Virus record (IMG/VR): IMGVR_UViG_3300005662_000026
From: an uncultured virus (IMG/VR IMGVR_UViG_3300005662_000026)
Taxonomy: Duplodnaviria > Heunggongvirae > Uroviricota > Caudoviricetes
DNA: 64,000 bases
Strand: one strand, 5' to 3'
The first letter of the stretch is position 1. The number at the start of each line of letters is the position of its first letter. A program made the position numbers and the translations under genes. The notes below the pieces were generated by a model. The model saw only the letters and a program-made list of their open reading frames with translations, was not told the DNA's origin and searched no databases. Of this stretch, positions 16,679 to 27,084 are shown piece by piece.

Positions 16679-17518
16679 ATGGATATTTTAAATATTATAA
16701 GCTGGATTAAAAATAAACGCTATGTAACAAGTGTTGACCCAGCAACAACACTAATGCCTATTGGATTAAAAGATGACCGTAGAGATGATGGTTATTTAGC
16801 AGGAGTTATTACAGTAGAAAATTTAGCTGCACAGTTAGGTGGAAATAAATTAGTTGATGATACTAGAGAAGTTGTATTAACTGATAATGCAGGATATGCA
16901 GAATTAACATTCAATACTGGTTCTGCAATAATTCAAACTTCAGGAGTTAATGCTGATTTAACAATTAGTACTTTAAGTGGAGATGATATTATTCTTGAAT
17001 CTGGGGATGATATTAGATTACAAGGTGATGTTGGTCTTTTTGATGATGAAACTGAAGGTGGAGATATAAATATCTATGCTGGAAATGGTTCTGATGGTAA
17101 TACAGCTAATGCAGGATCTGGTGGAGATATTAGAATTGAAGCAGGTGATGCTGGTAACAGTATATCAGGTTCTCAAGGAGAAGGTGGTTTTGTAACTATT
17201 CAAGCTGGTTATACTTCAACAACTGGTTTATCAGGAGGAGATATTAGTCTTTATCCAGGTAACAGTATAGATGGTAAACATGGTGATGTTATTATTCAAG
17301 GTAACTTTACATGGACATTTTCTACAAGTAATGCAATACTTTTATTTCCTGCAGTAACTTTAGCTACATTACCAAGTGCAGCTGGAGTACCTGGAGCAAG
17401 AGCTATGATTGCTGATTCTAATGTACCAGCACCAGGAAACTTTGGAGCAATTGCTGCAACAGGAGGTTCTGCTGTAGTTCCAGTATTTTCAGATGGTGTA
17501 AATTGGTTAATAGGTTAA
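16679..17518 (+). CDS. Fibre/spike-like structural protein (shared N-terminal anchor, paralog 1)
   Basis: N-terminus MDILNIISWIK..GLKDDRRDDGY; Gly-rich GGDI.I.AG repeats. Confidence 0.7.
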   Translation: MDILNIISWIKNKRYVTSVDPATTLMPIGLKDDRRDDGYLAGVITVENLAAQLGGNKLVDDTREVVLTDNAGYAELTFNTGSAIIQTSGVNADLTISTLSGDDIILESGDDIRLQGDVGLFDDETEGGDINIYAGNGSDGNTANAGSGGDIRIEAGDAGNSISGSQGEGGFVTIQAGYTSTTGLSGGDISLYPGNSIDGKHGDVIIQGNFTWTFSTSNAILLFPAVTLATLPSAAGVPGARAMIADSNVPAPGNFGAIAATGGSAVVPVFSDGVNWLIG

Positions 17519-17538
17519 TAATAAAAAATAAATAAAGC

Positions 17539-18291
17539 ATGGATGTTTTAAATATAATTTCCTGGATTAAAGGAAAAAGACAAGTAACAGCTGTTGACCC
17601 AGCTTTGACAGTAATTCCATTAGGAGTTAAAGATAATAAAAGAGGTGATGGATATATTCCAGTAACTATAACTGTAGAAGATTTTGCAGGTTCAGTTGCA
17701 CCTACTTTATATGATAGTAAAGATAATATATTTATTGGAGAAAATGTATTTAATGACCTTAGTGATGTTGATAAAACAGAAAATATTGCAATTGGTACAA
17801 ATGCATTACGAAACACTGTAAATGCACAAAATATTGGTATTGGTTCAGACACATTACGCACTAATACTGAAGGTTTTCAAAATATAGCAATTGGTAATAG
17901 CAGTTTATTATTAAACACTACTGGTGAAAATAATATAGGAATCGGTGTAGTATCAATGTTATTTAGCACTACCAGTAGAAACAATGTTGCTATTGGATCA
18001 TTTGCATTATTTGATATTACTACTGGTCGCGATAATGTTGCAGTAGGTTTAAATGCTTTAGGTGGTTTAACTACCGGTTCATATAATACAGGTATAGGTT
18101 ATGAAACATATGCTGGAAATTACAGTTCTTGTGTATTATTAGGTAGAAGAGCGCAGGCTACAGGTAATAATCAATTTGTAGTAGGTTCAGTTGGTGATCC
18201 AGCAGGTTCAGTAACAAATGAAGTAAACACATCTAGTAAAGTATGGAATGTGGTTATCAATGGTGTATCTAGAAAAATTTTATTAGCATAA
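17539..18291 (+). CDS. Fibre protein with YadA-head-like NxAIG repeats (paralog 2)
   Basis: Shared N-terminus; about 14-aa NIAIG repeats; C-terminus INGVSRKILLA. Confidence 0.75.
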   Translation: MDVLNIISWIKGKRQVTAVDPALTVIPLGVKDNKRGDGYIPVTITVEDFAGSVAPTLYDSKDNIFIGENVFNDLSDVDKTENIAIGTNALRNTVNAQNIGIGSDTLRTNTEGFQNIAIGNSSLLLNTTGENNIGIGVVSMLFSTTSRNNVAIGSFALFDITTGRDNVAVGLNALGGLTTGSYNTGIGYETYAGNYSSCVLLGRRAQATGNNQFVVGSVGDPAGSVTNEVNTSSKVWNVVINGVSRKILLA

Positions 18292-18315
18292 TAATTAACA
18301 TAAAAATAAATAGAA

Positions 18316-19218
18316 ATGGATGTTTTAAATTTTATATCTTGGCTTAAATCTAAAAGACAAGTTACAACAGTAGATGCTTCTCAAACCTTAATCCCATTAG
18401 GTTTAAAAGATGCAAGAAGAGGTGATGCATATTTACCAGGTGCTATATCAGTAGAGGATTTATTAGCTTTATCACCAGGACTTCCTAGTTTTGTTGAATA
18501 TAATGAAACAAATAAAACATTATGGAATAATGGAATAACTAATAATAGTGCAAATACTTCATTTGGTGAGGGAGCATTAACAGGTAGTCCAGATTCATAT
18601 GTTACGGCAATTGGTCATAATGCAGTAAGAATTGGAACAGGTGGTGATAATACAGGTATAGGTGCATATGCTTTAGGTAATTTAGTAGCGGCTTCTAGAA
18701 ATACAGCAGTTGGTTCATTTGCATTAGCTGGTGATCTTACAGGTAGCAATAATGTAGCCATTGGAGCAACAGTTTTAGCAACTACTACTTCAGGTTTTTG
18801 TAATGTTGGAATTGGATATCAAGCATTAATATTTAATACAACAGGTAGTCGTAATGTTTCTATAGGAGAAATAAGTAACTATGCTAATACAACAGGTGTT
18901 AATAATACATCACTTGGAGCTTACAGTAATCTTTCAAATACAGTAGGTTCTTTTAATGTTGCTATAGGATATAATTCATTAAGTGGTAATACTTCTGGTA
19001 ATTATAATGCATGTTTAGGTTCACTAACAAGTTCTAATAATTTTTCAGGTTCTGTTATATTAGGTTCAAATGCAATTGCTACTGGAAATAATCAATTTGT
19101 AGTAGGATCTAATTCATATAATGCTGGAGCAATTGCTACTGAAGCATTAGTACCAACTAAATCATGGACTGTTAAAATTAATGGTGTTGACTATAAAATT
19201 CCATTACAAGTTGCATAA
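18316..19218 (+). CDS. Fibre protein with YadA-head-like repeats (paralog 3)
   Basis: Shared N-terminus; NTAVG/NVAIG repeats; C-terminus INGVDYKIPL. Confidence 0.75.
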   Translation: MDVLNFISWLKSKRQVTTVDASQTLIPLGLKDARRGDAYLPGAISVEDLLALSPGLPSFVEYNETNKTLWNNGITNNSANTSFGEGALTGSPDSYVTAIGHNAVRIGTGGDNTGIGAYALGNLVAASRNTAVGSFALAGDLTGSNNVAIGATVLATTTSGFCNVGIGYQALIFNTTGSRNVSIGEISNYANTTGVNNTSLGAYSNLSNTVGSFNVAIGYNSLSGNTSGNYNACLGSLTSSNNFSGSVILGSNAIATGNNQFVVGSNSYNAGAIATEALVPTKSWTVKINGVDYKIPLQVA

Positions 19219-19256
19219 TAAAAAATAAATATATTAACTTTATAAAAAAATAAATC

Positions 19257-19475
19257 ATGGCATTAGAATTAACTCCAGAACAAGTAGCAAAATCTGTATC
19301 AGCTGCATATGATAGTGTAGCATTAATTACAGAATTAAAAGCAAAAGAATCATTAACTGAAGAAGAGGCAGATACATTAAAACGTAATGAAGAGCACATC
19401 AGAATTATGTTAGCTAAAGACTTTTTTGTTGCTGCTTTAACTAAAAAGCAAAACACTGAATTATCTAAAATATGA
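19257..19475 (+). CDS. Hypothetical protein
   Basis: 72-aa helical ORF with a good leader. Confidence 0.65.
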   Translation: MALELTPEQVAKSVSAAYDSVALITELKAKESLTEEEADTLKRNEEHIRIMLAKDFFVAALTKKQNTELSKI

Positions 19476-19624
19476 GACAAGAGGATGCACAGAAAATTGT
19501 AGAACAAGCTTTGAATCAAGCATTTTTAAAAGGAGCATATAGCTTACAAGATGCAGCAATGATTACAGAAGCATTAAAAGTTCTATTTACAAGACCTGAA
19601 TTAGAACTTGTACAAGAAAACTAA
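19472..19624 (+). CDS. Hypothetical 50-aa protein
   Basis: Own translation MRQEDAQKIVEQALNQAFLKGAYSLQDAAMITEALK...; ATGA overlap with the previous gene. Confidence 0.6.
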   Translation: MRQEDAQKIVEQALNQAFLKGAYSLQDAAMITEALKVLFTRPELELVQEN

Positions 19625-19630
19625 AAGCAT

Positions 19631-19659
19631 AAGCCACAGAGATGTGGCTTTTCTTTTTT
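19631..19659 (+). terminator. Intrinsic terminator
   Basis: AAGCCACA/TGTGGCTT stem plus T-run. Confidence 0.75.
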
Positions 19660-19713
19660 ATATTTGTTTATCTAGAAAGTTTTAAGTATATTATTATATA
19701 TAAATAAATTATT

Positions 19714-20115
19714 ATGTCAGTAGGAGATTTAAAAACATACGGTGGGAAAGGTACTGATTTTCCTTGGCAATTAAAAATGTTGCTAGGTCAACAAGCAACA
19801 GTTGACTTATTAACTGCTATTGCAGCTGGTACAGTTGATGTTGAACCATATTTAATTGATCTAGTTAACAATACAGATCCTTCAGAAAGAACACCTAACT
19901 TAATTAGAGCTACAGGAGCTGGTACTATTGCACCATTAACATATGATTTTTCTGTATCTAATGTAGGTGCTGGAAATGGTACAATACTAGGAGGTACAAT
20001 TAAACCAGGGGAAACATTGAATTTTGCAGCAGGAGCATTGCGTAATTTTTATGCAGCTAATTCAATTTCTTATGATGGTACTGGTACTGAATTAGTAATT
20101 ATCTATAATTCATAA
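19714..20115 (+). CDS. Putative structural protein
   Basis: 133 aa, first gene of the spike operon. Confidence 0.6.
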   Translation: MSVGDLKTYGGKGTDFPWQLKMLLGQQATVDLLTAIAAGTVDVEPYLIDLVNNTDPSERTPNLIRATGAGTIAPLTYDFSVSNVGAGNGTILGGTIKPGETLNFAAGALRNFYAANSISYDGTGTELVIIYNS

Positions 20116-20119
20116 CATA

Positions 20120-20680
20120 ATGAGTACGCTCATTCAGGTTGATAAATATGTAAGTAATCCTTATGGATACTTGAGTAGATTGTATACACAAACTAATTCA
20201 AGTACTCCTGTTACAAATACTTTAAGTGAATTATCATTACTTGATGGCGGACTTGGTACATTAACTGTTCCAGCAAATATGTTTAAAGTAGGAGATAGTT
20301 TTCATGCTATTGCTACGGGACATATTTCATCAGTTAATAACCATAAACTTAGAATTAGAATAAAAACTGATGGTGTAGTTCTAGCAGATACAGGTAATAT
20401 AACTATGTCAGGATCAACTAATAAACATTGGAAACTTGAAGTTTACTTTACAGTAAGAGCAATAGGTGGATCAGGTGTTGCTAAAATTGTTGCAGGAGGA
20501 ACTTTTATGTATACTAAAGATGCTAGTAATTCATTTGAAGGTACAAATTTTAGTACTGAAACTACAACTGGTTTTAATACCACAATTAATAATACACTTG
20601 TAATTACTGCACAATGGGATACAGCAAACATAGGTGACAGTATTTATTCAGAAATATTTACTCTAAATAAAACATACTAA
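20120..20680 (+). CDS. Putative structural beta-sandwich protein
   Basis: 186 aa, T/G/S-rich. Confidence 0.6.
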   Translation: MSTLIQVDKYVSNPYGYLSRLYTQTNSSTPVTNTLSELSLLDGGLGTLTVPANMFKVGDSFHAIATGHISSVNNHKLRIRIKTDGVVLADTGNITMSGSTNKHWKLEVYFTVRAIGGSGVAKIVAGGTFMYTKDASNSFEGTNFSTETTTGFNTTINNTLVITAQWDTANIGDSIYSEIFTLNKTY

Positions 20681-22797
20681 TGAGTACAGATATTAATATA
20701 AAGAAAAAAATAAGCATTGAAGAAGAAGGTGCTTTACTTACAACAGATGTTAATAACATTAACTTTGTTGGAGCTGGTGTTACCGCAAGTACACTAGGTA
20801 ATGATGTTACTGTTACTGTAGCTGGTGGAAATGGTTCAGTAATATATTACTTAAATCAAACAGTAACACAAGCACCATATAAAGAATTTTCATCAATTGT
20901 AACTACGGCTGTTGAACAAGTTGTACCAGCAACAATAGCTGGAGGGGTAACTACAATAATTGCAGAATATCAAACACCTGTTGGTATACCAAATACAACA
21001 GTTATTCCTGCAGGTTTATGGCAATTCTTTTTACACTTTAATGCAGGTAGTGCTGGTCAAAATTGGATTATTAGACCAACTGTATACAAAAGAGATTCAG
21101 GTGGAACAGAGACATTAATCTTTACACCAGATCCGGAGATTGTAACTAACATGAGTACTACAACTACTATGTATACTTGTGATGGTGTATTTCCTACAAC
21201 TTCATTATTAACTACTGATAGAATAGTAGTTAAGATTGCATTACAAAATACAACAGGTGTATCACAAACTGCAAGTTTTAGAACTGAAGGTTCTCAACAT
21301 TATTCAGTAGCAGCAACAACATTGAATCAAGCAGTATCTGCAGGTTCAGTTACTTCAGTATCTGGTACCGCACCAATAGTATCATCTGGTGGTTCAACTC
21401 CAGCAATAAGTATACCTCAAGCAACTGCATTAGTTGATGGTTATTTATCATCATCTGATTGGTCAGTATTTAATGCTAAAGTTCCTGCTACAAGAAATTT
21501 AACTATTAACGGTACAACCTATGATTTATCAGCAGATAGAACATGGACAATTGCAACTGGTTCATCAGGTGTATTTGGTATTGCAGATACAAGTGGAGTT
21601 TATACATATTATGCAACTTTTGCATTAGCAAGAGCAGCTGCAACATCAGGACAAACTATTGAGTTATTTGCTGATGTAATAGAAACAACAAATATTTCTG
21701 CTATATTAAAAGATGGAGTAAACATTAATGGTAATGGTCATACTTATACATTAAGTCAAGCAGGAATAGCCTCATCATTTTCTGATAATGGTGTTGCTGT
21801 AGTATGTGATATATCTAATATTATAATTAGAAGAGCTGCAGGTACAGCATCTGTTGTAAATACATTATGTCTTTCACTTACAGCTGCATCTAAAATAACT
21901 GGAAATGCATTATGTATAAGTTCTTGTAGTACTGCAATAGGTGTTAATAATGCATCTGCTGAATTAAATGGATTAGTTGGAATATGTATTACTAATTTTT
22001 ATGGTATATATTCTACGGGTATCCTTAAAAATGTATATGGTGAAACATACTCAGCAGATTATCATTACTCAATTTATTCTACAGGTACTGCAGTTAATTG
22101 TCATGGTGTAGGATTTGGTTTATATCAATATGCATTTTATAATGGTGGTATAGCAGTAAATTGTTCAGGAACTATTACTGGTAATTTTGGTGGTGGATTT
22201 TATAATGCTGGTACTGCTGAAAATTGTACTGGTAAATCTGTTGGTACATCAGGATTCTTTTCATCAGGTACATCAATAAGTTGTACCGGAGTTTCTGTTT
22301 CAGGTAATGGATTTAATATAAATGCTAGTGGTACAATGCATGAATCATGTTCAGGATACTCAACATCTGGATCAGGAATATATTGTTATGGTGGTAGATT
22401 AATTAACTGTACAGGTATAAGCGGAAGTGGATATGGAATTACAGCTGTAAATGGAAATGATACTCAGATGTCTGTTGTTAAATGTACTGGAATATCAACT
22501 GGATCATCAGGTATGTATGCAAATTATGCTCCAAATAATGGTGGACTTCAAAATTGTTCATTGTATTCATATTATAATTCAATAAATGGAAGAGCTTTAG
22601 AACTTGGTACATATGCAAATAGTGTTGTAGGTTGTACAATGGGTGTTACATCAAGTAGTGCTGCATCAATATATTGTGCATCAGCAATAAATGTTAAATA
22701 TATTAATAATACATTTACAGGTTCAACAACACCAATAGTAAATATTACTCAAGCAGTAACTAATACACAAGATAACCAAGGAAATATTTTATTATAA
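20680..22797 (+). CDS. Tail spike with beta-helix-like repeats
   Basis: Fibre-like linker motifs (GSVTSV, GYLSSSDW..FN.K, R.LTINGTTYDLSADR) followed by NC.G.S..G repeats. Confidence 0.7.
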   Translation: MSTDINIKKKISIEEEGALLTTDVNNINFVGAGVTASTLGNDVTVTVAGGNGSVIYYLNQTVTQAPYKEFSSIVTTAVEQVVPATIAGGVTTIIAEYQTPVGIPNTTVIPAGLWQFFLHFNAGSAGQNWIIRPTVYKRDSGGTETLIFTPDPEIVTNMSTTTTMYTCDGVFPTTSLLTTDRIVVKIALQNTTGVSQTASFRTEGSQHYSVAATTLNQAVSAGSVTSVSGTAPIVSSGGSTPAISIPQATALVDGYLSSSDWSVFNAKVPATRNLTINGTTYDLSADRTWTIATGSSGVFGIADTSGVYTYYATFALARAAATSGQTIELFADVIETTNISAILKDGVNINGNGHTYTLSQAGIASSFSDNGVAVVCDISNIIIRRAAGTASVVNTLCLSLTAASKITGNALCISSCSTAIGVNNASAELNGLVGICITNFYGIYSTGILKNVYGETYSADYHYSIYSTGTAVNCHGVGFGLYQYAFYNGGIAVNCSGTITGNFGGGFYNAGTAENCTGKSVGTSGFFSSGTSISCTGVSVSGNGFNINASGTMHESCSGYSTSGSGIYCYGGRLINCTGISGSGYGITAVNGNDTQMSVVKCTGISTGSSGMYANYAPNNGGLQNCSLYSYYNSINGRALELGTYANSVVGCTMGVTSSSAASIYCASAINVKYINNTFTGSTTPIVNITQAVTNTQDNQGNILL

Positions 22798-23081
22798 TGG
22801 AAAAGATAGATATTAAAAATAAAGATATATTAGTATATGATGTATTTAACGTACTTATTAAAGTACTTAATCTTGATGATATTAAAAACTATCAAGAATC
22901 ATATCTTGCAGATTGTACATTATTTACATTAAATTTAACTGTTCCTGAAAAAAGAATTGTAAAATTTAATGGTGAAGATTACTCAATCACACTGATATTA
23001 AAATATGAAGATATGGATGATAAGCAAAAATTTGATTTTGATGACTTTGTATCTCAAGTTGAACAACTTTTAATTAATTAG
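22797..23081 (+). CDS. Hypothetical protein (possible fibre chaperone)
   Basis: 94-aa acidic ORF coupled to the spike gene. Confidence 0.55.
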   Translation: MEKIDIKNKDILVYDVFNVLIKVLNLDDIKNYQESYLADCTLFTLNLTVPEKRIVKFNGEDYSITLILKYEDMDDKQKFDFDDFVSQVEQLLIN

Positions 23082-23083
23082 AA

Positions 23084-24559
23084 ATGGCAGTTATAACATT
23101 AACAACACAAATGGCTGGTGCTATTAATTATACAGTAACAACAGCATCATCTGCTGATTGGCCATCTGTAGCTAATAGTACATATTTTTATGACTTAACT
23201 GATAAGTTAGTATATTATAAAAACAGCTCAGGTACAGTTTTAAGCGTATTTTCTTCAGCTGGTGGTTTAACTTACTTTACTGAAGCAAGAAGTACAACTG
23301 CACCCAATACTACTACTAATGTTGATTCACTATCTGCTGGAAATGGCTTAAGTACAACAGATATTGATATATCAATTGTACCTAAAGGTAATGGTGCATT
23401 CTTATTAGATATTCCAGATTCTTCTATTACTGGTGGTAATAAAAGAGGAACTAATTCTATTGATTTACAAATATCCAGATCTGCAAGTACACAAGTTGCA
23501 AGTGGAAACTATGCAGTTGCAATTGGATTTTCAAATACAGCTTCAAATACTTCTGCTACAGCAATTGGACAATTGAACATTGCAAATGCAATTGGCTCTA
23601 CAGCTTTAGGATATCAAAATACTTCTAGTGGAAGTTACTCATTTACAGCAGGACAAACAAATACAGCAAGTGGAAACTATGCATCAAGTATTGGTGGTCC
23701 AAATAATAATGCAAGTGGTACAGGTTGTTCAATTTTTGGTGGATATAATAATACGGCAAATGGAAACTATGCTACTATAGTTGGTGGATACGGAAATACA
23801 AATTCTGGAACTTATGGTTCATTAATTGCAGGAGCAGAAAACAATAATAGTGGAGCATATGGTGCTTCAACATTTGGTTGGGTTAATACAAATTCATCAA
23901 CTTCTGGTTTAACAGCTGGTTATGGTAATAATCATAGCGCTGCTTATGGGTGTTCAATTGGTCAATCTAATATAAATAGTGGAAGTAGGTCAAATACATT
24001 TGGTCAATCTAATACAGTAAGTAGTCAAGATTCATTTGTAGCTGGTGTATCAAATTCAGTTTTAAATGGTGCTTATAATACCGTTTTTGGTAGAGGAGGA
24101 ACAAATCTTAATGGTTCATACGGAAGATTTGTTTTTGCTAGTTATAATACAGTAGTAGGAGATGCTCAAAATACAAGATTAATTTTATCAAAAAGAACAA
24201 CAGATGCTACAGTAACCACATTAACAATAGAAGGCGGTGCGGTTTATTTTGGGGTAAATGAATTTAAATTACAAGATAATTCTTGTGTAAGATTTAAAGG
24301 AACAATAGTAGGTAAAAGAACTGCAACAACAACTGTAGGAGTATGGGATATTGATGGAGTTATAACTAGAGTAAATAGTGCCGCTACTACAACAATAGTA
24401 ATTGGAAATGTAAATGTTGTAACAAATGCAGGTTCATGGGGTACTCCGACATTAACAATTAATGCTTCTTTTGGAAACTTAAGTGTAAATGTATCTGGTG
24501 CTGCAGCAACAAATATACAATGGGTATGTCATTTAGAATGTACAGAAGTAGTTTATTAA
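23084..24559 (+). CDS. Fibre/adhesin with YadA-like head repeats
   Basis: GGNKRG.N.IDLQ followed by NTASG..S.A.G repeats. Confidence 0.7.
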   Translation: MAVITLTTQMAGAINYTVTTASSADWPSVANSTYFYDLTDKLVYYKNSSGTVLSVFSSAGGLTYFTEARSTTAPNTTTNVDSLSAGNGLSTTDIDISIVPKGNGAFLLDIPDSSITGGNKRGTNSIDLQISRSASTQVASGNYAVAIGFSNTASNTSATAIGQLNIANAIGSTALGYQNTSSGSYSFTAGQTNTASGNYASSIGGPNNNASGTGCSIFGGYNNTANGNYATIVGGYGNTNSGTYGSLIAGAENNNSGAYGASTFGWVNTNSSTSGLTAGYGNNHSAAYGCSIGQSNINSGSRSNTFGQSNTVSSQDSFVAGVSNSVLNGAYNTVFGRGGTNLNGSYGRFVFASYNTVVGDAQNTRLILSKRTTDATVTTLTIEGGAVYFGVNEFKLQDNSCVRFKGTIVGKRTATTTVGVWDIDGVITRVNSAATTTIVIGNVNVVTNAGSWGTPTLTINASFGNLSVNVSGAAATNIQWVCHLECTEVVY

Positions 24560-24571
24560 AAAATATAAAAC

Positions 24572-24940
24572 ATGAAAATACAAACATTAATACCTGTAAC
24601 TTACAATGATGGTATTGCAAGTCAGGTAACAGGAATAGTAACTGGGACTATTAACTTTGTAAACCAGGATTATTATAGAGAACTATATAATTTTACATTT
24701 AGTTATGTAGATGAATCAGGAAAATCAATTAGTGATACTCCACCATTTACTTTAACAAGAGATGAGATAAATGTATTCTATGATGAAATAAAAGATTCTG
24801 TACCAACTAATATAGCATATTTTGAAACTACAGAATATATTTACTATCTTGGTTTTAAAATAGAGATGGCTAAAACATTTGGTATTACTACAAATGATAT
24901 AGATATTTTAGTAGAGAGTGATGAAGTATTAAGTATATAA
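24572..24940 (+). CDS. Hypothetical protein
   Basis: 122-aa ORF. Confidence 0.6.
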   Translation: MKIQTLIPVTYNDGIASQVTGIVTGTINFVNQDYYRELYNFTFSYVDESGKSISDTPPFTLTRDEINVFYDEIKDSVPTNIAYFETTEYIYYLGFKIEMAKTFGITTNDIDILVESDEVLSI

Positions 24941-24942
24941 TT

Positions 24943-25713
24943 ATGGCAGGAACATATTGGAGTGAAGATGTTTTAGATATGATGTATCTAAAACCTTCAG
25001 AAATTTATAGAGGTATGACATTTAATAATAATAGTACAACTATTCAATTAGATGGTGGTGTTATATTATCAACTTCTGCTTCTACTTTAGCTCAAACTGT
25101 ATCAGGAAGCAGCTTTGTAAATAAACAAGTAAGGTTAAGATTCTATGCTTCAGTTGTATCTGGAGGTAGATATACTGGAACAAGAGGTACTGCTTTACTT
25201 TGGTATATACATGGTGGGTTTAGATTTGTATGTGATTTCAATGTATCAGATACAGCATTTTCTGCTAACTGTCAACAGTTTTATGGTATGGCTGGTCAAA
25301 CAACTGATTTAGCTTATGGTGGTGTATCTGGAACTTTAGTAAGTACATTGACTAATATAATTGGTGTTGGTAGTGAAGTAGGTGATGCTAACTTGCAAAT
25401 CTTTCATAATGATGCAACAGGTGCAGCAACAAAAGTAGATTTAGGAGCAGCCTTCCCAGCTAATAGAACAGCAGGTGCTGAGATGACTACTGTATATAGC
25501 ATAATATTATTTAATGAACCAGGATCTACAACTGTTAACTATAGAGTAGTTAATAATGAAACTGGTGCTATTGCAACTGGTGTTATTTCAACTGATTTAC
25601 CATTGTCAACACAAGCATTAAACTTTTTTGGTAGTAGATGTATGTCAACAACTTCTGTAACAGGTTCAGGTCAATTTGATTTAATGAAATTAGGGGTTTA
25701 TTCACAATTTTAA
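24943..25713 (+). CDS. Putative structural/receptor-binding protein
   Basis: 256-aa beta-rich ORF in the fibre cluster. Confidence 0.6.
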   Translation: MAGTYWSEDVLDMMYLKPSEIYRGMTFNNNSTTIQLDGGVILSTSASTLAQTVSGSSFVNKQVRLRFYASVVSGGRYTGTRGTALLWYIHGGFRFVCDFNVSDTAFSANCQQFYGMAGQTTDLAYGGVSGTLVSTLTNIIGVGSEVGDANLQIFHNDATGAATKVDLGAAFPANRTAGAEMTTVYSIILFNEPGSTTVNYRVVNNETGAIATGVISTDLPLSTQALNFFGSRCMSTTSVTGSGQFDLMKLGVYSQF

Positions 25714-25715
25714 GT

Positions 25716-25958
25716 ATGGAACAATTTATTTTAATATCATCAATGTTTGTTGAACCAGATGGTGAAGTAAATGTATGTTTAAAGCCTATAAGTCCATTGA
25801 TAGAAGACTATATAGCAACATATAGAACTTTTTCTGATGAAGCAACAGCAATAGCAGAAACACCTGATTTTATTATAGAAATGGTACCATTATTATTTGC
25901 ACAGTTTGAACAAATGGATAATGTACCACTAGAGATAAGACAGCAATTTGAATTATAA
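25716..25958 (+). CDS. Hypothetical protein
   Basis: 80-aa acidic ORF. Confidence 0.55.
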   Translation: MEQFILISSMFVEPDGEVNVCLKPISPLIEDYIATYRTFSDEATAIAETPDFIIEMVPLLFAQFEQMDNVPLEIRQQFEL

Positions 25959-25969
25959 TATTTAAGATT

Positions 25970-26188
25970 ATGAAAAAAACAGTAAAAGAAATAAAAACAA
26001 GATGGGGTTCAGAAACTCCTAAGTTTTGGAAAAAAGTACAAAAAATAGGTATGATTGCAGGAACAATAGGAGGAGTTTTAATTGCAGCACCTGTTGCATT
26101 ACCAGCAGCATTAATATCTGCAGGAGGATACTTATTATTAGCTGGTTCATTAACTGCTACTCTATCTCAGTTAACTGTAGAAAAGTAG
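25970..26188 (+). CDS. Putative holin
   Basis: RW..ETPKFWKKVQ followed by two hydrophobic helices; upstream of the endolysin. Confidence 0.55.
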   Translation: MKKTVKEIKTRWGSETPKFWKKVQKIGMIAGTIGGVLIAAPVALPAALISAGGYLLLAGSLTATLSQLTVEK

Positions 26189-26266
26189 TATAATAACTAA
26201 AAAGTTAGTATATACTTATAATATTTTTTTGTATATTATATGTATATATTTATTAAATATCAAGAG

Positions 26267-26581
26267 ATGGATGCAACAACACTAACAATTGTATTATTTA
26301 TAGCAGGTACAATTATTGGACTTATTAGTTTTTTCTTAAGGACTTCTTACAATAATATTACTACCGGTCTAGATGAACTTAAGAATGACTTTCATACACA
26401 TAGAGAAGATCATGGTAAGTTAAAAGGGAAGTTAGAATTACTTGAACAAGAGCATAGATTAAAGTATCAGCTTATTCAAGAAGTAACTCAACAAGAAATT
26501 AAAAATATGGCCAGTAAAATTGGAGAACTATCAGATACAGTTGGTGAACTTGTTAAGTTTCAACTAAAACAAAATAAATGA
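26267..26581 (+). CDS. TM plus coiled-coil protein (lysis accessory?)
   Basis: N-terminal TM then heptad-rich helix; start moved to MDATTL. Confidence 0.55.
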   Translation: MDATTLTIVLFIAGTIIGLISFFLRTSYNNITTGLDELKNDFHTHREDHGKLKGKLELLEQEHRLKYQLIQEVTQQEIKNMASKIGELSDTVGELVKFQLKQNK

Positions 26582-27069
26582 ATTCAACACTTTTAAAAAC
26601 CGGAGATATTTTACATTGTAGTGGAAAAAGATTATTAAGTAGATTAATCAAGAAAGCAACAAAGTCAAAGTATTCTCATACTGCATTATTTATTGAAATA
26701 TGGGGACAACCCTATGTAATAGATGCACAAAAAGATGGTGTAAATTTAAGACCTTGGAAAGATTGGTTGGATATGTATAATTATGATATAACTGTACATA
26801 GATCAAGTGATGTTGTCAATGAGAAAACATTTGCACAAAGAGCATTAACTAAAGTTGGTCATACAGCATATGACTTTGAAGGATTGCTAGTAAGACAACC
26901 AATAGAATTAGTTACAGGAGAATGGGTAGAAAAAGGAGACACAACTAGACAAATGTATTGCTCAGAGTATGTTGCATGGGTATATGGAATAGAAAAGGCA
27001 TTTAGATTTTCTCCTCAAGATTTATATGAGTGGTGTAAAACTCATTACTTCTATGAAATAGCAATTTAA
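26578..27069 (+). CDS. Permuted papain-like NlpC/P60 (YiiX/YebB-type) amidase/peptidase
   Basis: LKTGDIL..SKYSHTAL (His) ... G..YD ... YCSEYVA (Cys after His). Confidence 0.8.
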   Translation: MNSTLLKTGDILHCSGKRLLSRLIKKATKSKYSHTALFIEIWGQPYVIDAQKDGVNLRPWKDWLDMYNYDITVHRSSDVVNEKTFAQRALTKVGHTAYDFEGLLVRQPIELVTGEWVEKGDTTRQMYCSEYVAWVYGIEKAFRFSPQDLYEWCKTHYFYEIAI

Positions 27070-27084
27070 TAAAAACCAAACATT

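Noticed and set aside
16679..25713. Diversity-generating retroelement or invertase shufflon acting on fibres
   Set aside because: No reverse transcriptase, recombinase, TR/VR pair or inverted fibre modules seen in the window
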